Shown here: positions 59,071-64,000 of the stretch, in pieces | Layout: each line of letters opens with the position of its first letter | How positions within the stretch are numbered: the stretch's first letter is position 1 | NCBI GenBank assembly: GCA_963706575.1 | Contig: CAVPNL010000004.1 | Coordinates: forward strand, 416,001 to 480,000 | Direction of reading: 5' to 3' | Length of the DNA: 64,000 nucleotides | From: an uncultured delta proteobacterium | Lineage (GTDB): Bacteria; Desulfobacterota; Desulfobacteria; Desulfobacterales; JAHEIW01 | Translations under genes and position numbers: made by a program | The notes under the pieces: model-generated | The model's database searches: none | The model's input: the letters and a program-made list of their open reading frames with translations, nothing else | What the model was told of the DNA's origin: nothing

Positions 59071-59105
59071 TTACCCAATACCGAATACCGAATACCTGAT
59101 ATCCA
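59071..59105. repeat. ATACCNA heptamer array, solo arm
   Basis: TTACCCA ATACCGA ATACCGA ATACCTG ATATCCA next to the mlaD stop; same unit family as the 35963/36490 arms. Confidence 0.8.
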
Positions 59106-59106
59106 A

Positions 59107-59583
59107 TTATTCTTCTTTTTCCTTCCCATCACCGCTGCCGACATCACCGAAGGCGTATTTGCTGACCAGGTCCATGATATCGGTCGGTGATTCGGTGTCG
59201 GTAATGGTATCACCGTTTGCCAGCAAATCACCACCGCCGCCGGCATCGATGCTGACGAATTTATCGCCGATCAGCCCCTCGGTTTTGATGGAGGCAATGG
59301 CATCATCGTAGACCTCGATGCCGTTATTAATTTTTAATTCAACCACCGCCACCTGTTTTTCCTGGTCCATTTTAAATGACTCCACCCGGCCGATCTCCAG
59401 GCCCAGCATATTCACGGGGTTGCCGACCCTCAGACCCGTCACCGAGGTAAACTTGGCATATAAAGAGTAGGTGTTTTCTCCGAGAAATCCGACATTGCCA
59501 AGTTTCACCGTCATATAACCGATGGCGAGTAAACCGATAACCACAAAAATTCCAACGACTGTTTCCTGGGTATACTTTTTCAT
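59107..59583 (-). CDS. mlaD: MCE-domain protein MlaD
   Basis: ETVVGIFV, GLRVGNPV, IKTEGLIGDKFV. Confidence 0.94.
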   Translation of the reverse strand: MKKYTQETVVGIFVVIGLLAIGYMTVKLGNVGFLGENTYSLYAKFTSVTGLRVGNPVNMLGLEIGRVESFKMDQEKQVAVVELKINNGIEVYDDAIASIKTEGLIGDKFVSIDAGGGGDLLANGDTITDTESPTDIMDLVSKYAFGDVGSGDGKEKEE

Positions 59584-60854
59584 TGAGTCTTACCTCCACG
59601 TTCACATTGAAAGCGTGCAATGGGTGTTTGATTAAAGCGCGCAAATTCCATAACTGATTCGATTTCAATCTGGGGTTTGCCCTGGGCCAGCCCGGCCAGG
59701 ATTTTAAATTCAAACCAATCCTCGGCTGGTTTTTCGCCCTCTGCCAACGTCTTAATATCGGGCAAACCGTGTTCCCGAAAATCCGTTTTAAAGTCCGCCA
59801 TGATGCGCTGGCCCTCATCCAGATCCGAGTACGGCAGCACGGTGGCATATTCATTAATGGTCTGCCGCGATGAAAATCCCCCGACGGCACCAAAATGTTT
59901 ATTAATGTAAGAACCCAGGGCCCGGATGATCTCCTGGGCGGCATCATGTCCCATATGCTCGATGATGCTGTCCAGATCATCGACGGCAAAGGCGGCCACC
60001 GCATACATGGCATCGGGGTTCCGCTTGCTCAAATCGGTTTGATAGCGGACCTTGAAGTGACGTTTGGAGTACAGGCCGCTAATGTCTTGCTGCAGACTTT
60101 CAAGGCTCGTCAGGATTTCTTCACGGAACGGATGCTCGAATTCCTCGAATTCATCCGGCGTGCCCTGGAAAACGATTTTTTTACCGTAGAGCGCTAAAAT
60201 GCGATTGGAGATAAAATAGACATCCGGAATTTCGTGGCTGATCAAAAGCGCGGTAAAACCAAAGCGGCTTTGATATTCCGCCACCATGCCCAGGATCGCA
60301 TTTTTACGAATGGGGTCCTGGCCGGTGGTGGGCTCATCGAAGAGCACCAGGGACGGATCGGTCACCAGCGCCCGGGCCAGCGCAGCCCGCTTCTGCATAC
60401 CACCCGACAATTCAGACGGATATTTATCAAACACCTCGGTCAGCTCGGTCTGCTCTATGCTGGCCATGGCCTTCTCTGTAATTTCCTTTTTGCCCATATG
60501 GGTGGTCTGACGCAGCGGCAGGGCCACATTTTCAACAACCGTCATCGAGTCAAAAAGGGCATTGTTTTGAAACATATAACTGATCGAACCGATGTAAGCG
60601 TTCCACTCTTTTTTACTCATTTGATCGATGGGCTTGCCGCGATATAGAACTTGGCCCTCATCGGGTTTGAGCAGTCCGATAATGTGCTTGAGCGTCACGC
60701 TCTTACCGGTACCGCTCAAACCGATCAAAGTGGTCACTTCACCCTCATAAATTTTAAAGTCGACCTTATCCAGAATCGTCCGCACGTCGAATCGTTTGGT
60801 CACCCCTTTAAATTCGATTATTGGTTCTTTTTCCACAACAGGCTCTTTTTCCAT
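59580..60854 (-). CDS. mlaF: MlaF-type ABC ATPase with C-terminal degenerate GGDEF-like domain
   Basis: GLSGTGKS, LSGGMQKR, FDEPTTGQDP; about 170 extra C-terminal residues. Confidence 0.9.
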   Translation of the reverse strand: MEKEPVVEKEPIIEFKGVTKRFDVRTILDKVDFKIYEGEVTTLIGLSGTGKSVTLKHIIGLLKPDEGQVLYRGKPIDQMSKKEWNAYIGSISYMFQNNALFDSMTVVENVALPLRQTTHMGKKEITEKAMASIEQTELTEVFDKYPSELSGGMQKRAALARALVTDPSLVLFDEPTTGQDPIRKNAILGMVAEYQSRFGFTALLISHEIPDVYFISNRILALYGKKIVFQGTPDEFEEFEHPFREEILTSLESLQQDISGLYSKRHFKVRYQTDLSKRNPDAMYAVAAFAVDDLDSIIEHMGHDAAQEIIRALGSYINKHFGAVGGFSSRQTINEYATVLPYSDLDEGQRIMADFKTDFREHGLPDIKTLAEGEKPAEDWFEFKILAGLAQGKPQIEIESVMEFARFNQTPIARFQCERGGKTQ

Positions 60855-60863
60855 AATAGGCCC

Positions 60864-61730
60864 CTACATAATGAAAGAGGTTACGATATAATCTGAAATC
60901 AGGATCATCACACATGAGAGCACCACCGCCGAAGTGGTGGACAGGCTCACACTTCTGGCGCCAAAGCTGTCGGTGCGCATATGAGTGTAAAAACCCTGAA
61001 AACAGCAAATGGTAACAACCAGAAGACCGAAGACCAATGATTTTACCAGACCCCCGGTAATATCTTCCATCTCAGTGGCGGAAACCACCCGGTAAAAATA
61101 CGCCCCGGAATTCACGCCCAGTAAAAGACAGCCGCTGACCCAGCCGCCGAGGATACCGATCATATCAAACAGGGTGGTCAAGATCGGAAAACTGATGACG
61201 GCCGCCGCAATCCGCGGACTGATCAAATACCCGACCGGATCGATGCGCATGGTCGACAGGGCATCGATCTGTTCGGAAATGCGCTGGATGCCGATTTCGG
61301 CGGTCATGGCCGACCCGGCCCGGGCGGTAATCATAATCGCGGTTAAAACCGGTCCCATTTCTCTGATCAACGAAAGGGCCACCGCGGTACCCAGCACCCC
61401 CACCGAGCCGAACTTAACCAGCACATGGTACAGCTGCAGGCCCAGGACCATACCGGTAAAAAAGCCCACCAGCATAACGATTTGGGCGGATTTGGCCCCG
61501 ATAAAATAAATCTGCTGGACGATGGCGGAAAACTGCCGGGGATGAAAAATCATGACCAGGGCGCGGAAAAAAAAGATCGCTATGGCGCCCAGGTTGCCGT
61601 TGATCCGGATCGCTCTGGCCCCGAATGGATGAAAAAGCCAGGTAAACGGATTGCCTGGCTTTGGTAACGCTATTTCCCCTGAAGGGTCTGGTTCGGAAGG
61701 ATTTTGTTCGCTTGAATTTTCTTCTGCCAT
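60864..61730 (-). CDS. mlaE: MlaE permease
   Basis: REMGPVLTA, RAGSAMTAEIG, EQIDAL, PRIAA. Confidence 0.95.
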   Translation of the reverse strand: MAEENSSEQNPSEPDPSGEIALPKPGNPFTWLFHPFGARAIRINGNLGAIAIFFFRALVMIFHPRQFSAIVQQIYFIGAKSAQIVMLVGFFTGMVLGLQLYHVLVKFGSVGVLGTAVALSLIREMGPVLTAIMITARAGSAMTAEIGIQRISEQIDALSTMRIDPVGYLISPRIAAAVISFPILTTLFDMIGILGGWVSGCLLLGVNSGAYFYRVVSATEMEDITGGLVKSLVFGLLVVTICCFQGFYTHMRTDSFGARSVSLSTTSAVVLSCVMILISDYIVTSFIM

Positions 61731-62129
61731 GTTTACTGTTCCCCCCCTTTTATAACCGAATAGTCTAAATTGATAGCAGGCATGCTACCCAAGGAATGAA
61801 ATATCCACCATTGGATTCAATTCTATTACCCCAGTGATTTTTATCATAAAAAATGCGAAGCGCAAGCATAAAATGAAAATGAGTACTATTTTAAGCAGGA
61901 TAGGCTGCCTTAGAGACTGGAAAAAGCGGTTTTAACAACCATTATAATTTCGGACACATTTTTCGCAGGATTATGATGGTTACGGCATGTATTGACTTTA
62001 AATTAGCAGATGATAATGTTTTCGAGCGGTTAGCGAAAAATATGAGGCGTTTAAAAGCCGGCGTCGAAGATTGGACACTACCGTAGTGGTTTGGAATTAT
62101 TCTGTCAATTGGACTTTGCGTATAGGTGG

Positions 62130-62147
62130 ATTGGACCTAGGTCCAAT
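62130..62147. promoter_or_regulatory. Perfect 18-bp palindrome upstream of pta (candidate operator)
   Basis: ATTGGACCTAGGTCCAAT directly before the RBS; extra ATTGGAC half-sites at 62070 and 62108. Confidence 0.55.
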
Positions 62148-62158
62148 AGGGGGAAAAT

Positions 62159-64000
62159 ATGGCAAACAGCCTTTACATCACCGCAGTGGCACCCGGAAGC
62201 GGCAAATCGGTTGTGGCCCTCGGTATTATGGAAATGCTTTCAAGACGAATCCGCCGCCTGGGTTATTTTCGACCCATCGTGCCTTCCGCAGAAGAACCGG
62301 ATAATAACATCCGGCTGATTAAGACACGTTACCACCTGGATCTGGATTATGAAGACATGTATGCCTGCGCACACGGTGACGCCCGTAACCTGGTTGCGGA
62401 AGGACGGGTTAAAACCCTTTTGAAGAACATTCTTAACAAATACAAAGCGCTGGAAAGTCGGTGTAATTTTGTTTTATGCGAGGGTACGGATTTTACCGGA
62501 GTGGGCTCCGCCTTTGAGTTCGAATTTAACGCCGATGTGGCCAACAATCTGGGAAGCGCAATTTTGGTGCTGGTCAACGGCCGCGGTAAATCACCCGATG
62601 AAAGCGTTGATGCCGCACAAGTGGCCAGGGAATCATTTGAAGATAAAGGGTGCACGGTGGCAGCCACCATCATTAACCGGGTGAATAATAAACAATTTGA
62701 GGATGTTAAGGATCAATTAAAAAAAATGGGCCTTGCAACAGAGCCGATTTACATTCTGCCCGAAGAGCCAAGCCTGGGGAAACCGACGGTCGGAGAAATC
62801 GCCCGCAACCTGAATGCCCAGATCCTGCAGGGTGAACCCACAGGGCTAAACCGCGATGTGCATGACTTCAAGGTTGCCGCCATGAATGTGCCGCATTTTT
62901 TGGATCGTATCGAAGACGGCGATCTCATTATCACACCGGGTGATCGTGCCGATGTGATTCTGGCAAGTCTGGCGACTACCGTCTCCGACACGTCGCCGAA
63001 TATCGCCGGGTTACTTTTGACCGGGGGGCTGACGCCGGAAGACCCGGTCCAGCGCCTGATCCAGGGCTTCAAAAAATATTCACCGCTTTCGGTGATCAAA
63101 GTAGATACCGACACCTACACCACCGCCATGAATGCCAGCGTGGTAAGACCGGCGCTGACACCTGAAAACGACCGCAAAATCGCCGCCGCATTAGGTGTTT
63201 TTGAATCCCACGTCAATACCCAAGAACTCGAGGACCGTATCCAGGTGGTGCGTTCCAATCGGGTCACGCCCATCATGTTCGAATATGAACTTATTGAAAG
63301 AGCCAAGGCCGATCGCCGCCGTATCGTCCTGCCCGAAGGCGCAGAAGAACGCATCCTGCGCGCCGGCGAAATCTTACTGCGGCGGGGTGTTGCCGACCTT
63401 ACGTTACTGGGCAACCCGGAAGAAATTAAAAATAAAATCGGGCTGCTGGGTCTCAATCTGGATGGAATCGAGATCATCGATCCGCACACATCCGAACATC
63501 GCCAGGACTTTGCCCGGACCTACTATGATTTGCGCAAGCACAAAGGCATATCGGAAGAAATGGCCGCTGACACGGTAAGCGATGTCAATTTTTTTGGGAC
63601 TCTGATGGTGTACAAAGATCTTTCCGACGGTATGGTATCGGGGTCCATTCACACCACCGGCGAAACGATTCTGCCGGCCCTTCAGATTATTCGCACCCGG
63701 CCGGGTTTTTCAGTGGTTTCCAGTGTTTTTTTGATGTGCCTGGCAGACCGGGTTCTGGTGTACGGAGATTGTGCGGTTAATCCCGATCCCAATGCCGAGC
63801 AGCTTGCGGAAATCGCCATCAGCTCAGCCGAAACCGCCGGCATTTATGGAATTCAGCCCCGCATCGCCATGTGCTCGTATTCCACCGGTGAATCCGGCAA
63901 GGGCGCAGAGGTTGATAAAGTGCGCCAGGCCACCCGCATCGTCAGGGAACGCCGGCCGGATTTAAAAATTGAAGGTCCGATTCAGTACGATGCCGCCGTG
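62159..64000 (+). CDS. pta: Phosphate acetyltransferase, long form (3' end outside window)
   Basis: Missing from the ORF track. Manual translation: MANSLYITAVAPGSGKSVVALG...CEGTDF...TPGDRADV (DRTGG-like)...RIVLPEG...DGMVSG...GDCAVNPDP...EGPIQYDAA. Confidence 0.95.
   Translation, partial: MANSLYITAVAPGSGKSVVALGIMEMLSRRIRRLGYFRPIVPSAEEPDNNIRLIKTRYHLDLDYEDMYACAHGDARNLVAEGRVKTLLKNILNKYKALESRCNFVLCEGTDFTGVGSAFEFEFNADVANNLGSAILVLVNGRGKSPDESVDAAQVARESFEDKGCTVAATIINRVNNKQFEDVKDQLKKMGLATEPIYILPEEPSLGKPTVGEIARNLNAQILQGEPTGLNRDVHDFKVAAMNVPHFLDRIEDGDLIITPGDRADVILASLATTVSDTSPNIAGLLLTGGLTPEDPVQRLIQGFKKYSPLSVIKVDTDTYTTAMNASVVRPALTPENDRKIAAALGVFESHVNTQELEDRIQVVRSNRVTPIMFEYELIERAKADRRRIVLPEGAEERILRAGEILLRRGVADLTLLGNPEEIKNKIGLLGLNLDGIEIIDPHTSEHRQDFARTYYDLRKHKGISEEMAADTVSDVNFFGTLMVYKDLSDGMVSGSIHTTGETILPALQIIRTRPGFSVVSSVFLMCLADRVLVYGDCAVNPDPNAEQLAEIAISSAETAGIYGIQPRIAMCSYSTGESGKGAEVDKVRQATRIVRERRPDLKIEGPIQYDAAV

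Overview
A gene-dense chromosomal window; gene content and synteny suggest an anaerobic deltaproteobacterium (Desulfobacterota, probably Desulfobacterales; inference). In order: a partial choline/ethanolamine-kinase gene divergent from a TRAP transporter whose binding protein lacks the canonical Arg; csp, an acyltransferase and citrate synthase; a ~14 kb SulP/DASS anion-transport island with sensor kinases, stand-alone receivers, CBS proteins and unusual fusions; a 2-aminoethylphosphonate-type ABC transporter; map; a TSUP permease; tupABC with its regulator; racemase, nth, a tRNA thiolase-like gene and rlmN; the ffh-rpsP-khpA-rimM-trmD-rplS-rnhB-yraN-rsmI block; an orphan ParM-like actin; a di-iron MBL/PP2C/STAS signalling set; mlaEFDCA with a degenerate GGDEF domain fused to MlaF; and a partial pta. 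No rRNA, tRNA, CRISPR array, integrase or transposase was recognised. The most striking unexplained structure is non-coding: many gene boundaries carry tandem 7-, 8- or 9-nt repeats, often as inverted arm pairs starting at or inside stop codons. One pair encloses an AT-rich four-helix-bundle gene as a cassette. MITE-like and REP-like palindromes are also present. All family assignments come from motif reading, not database searches.
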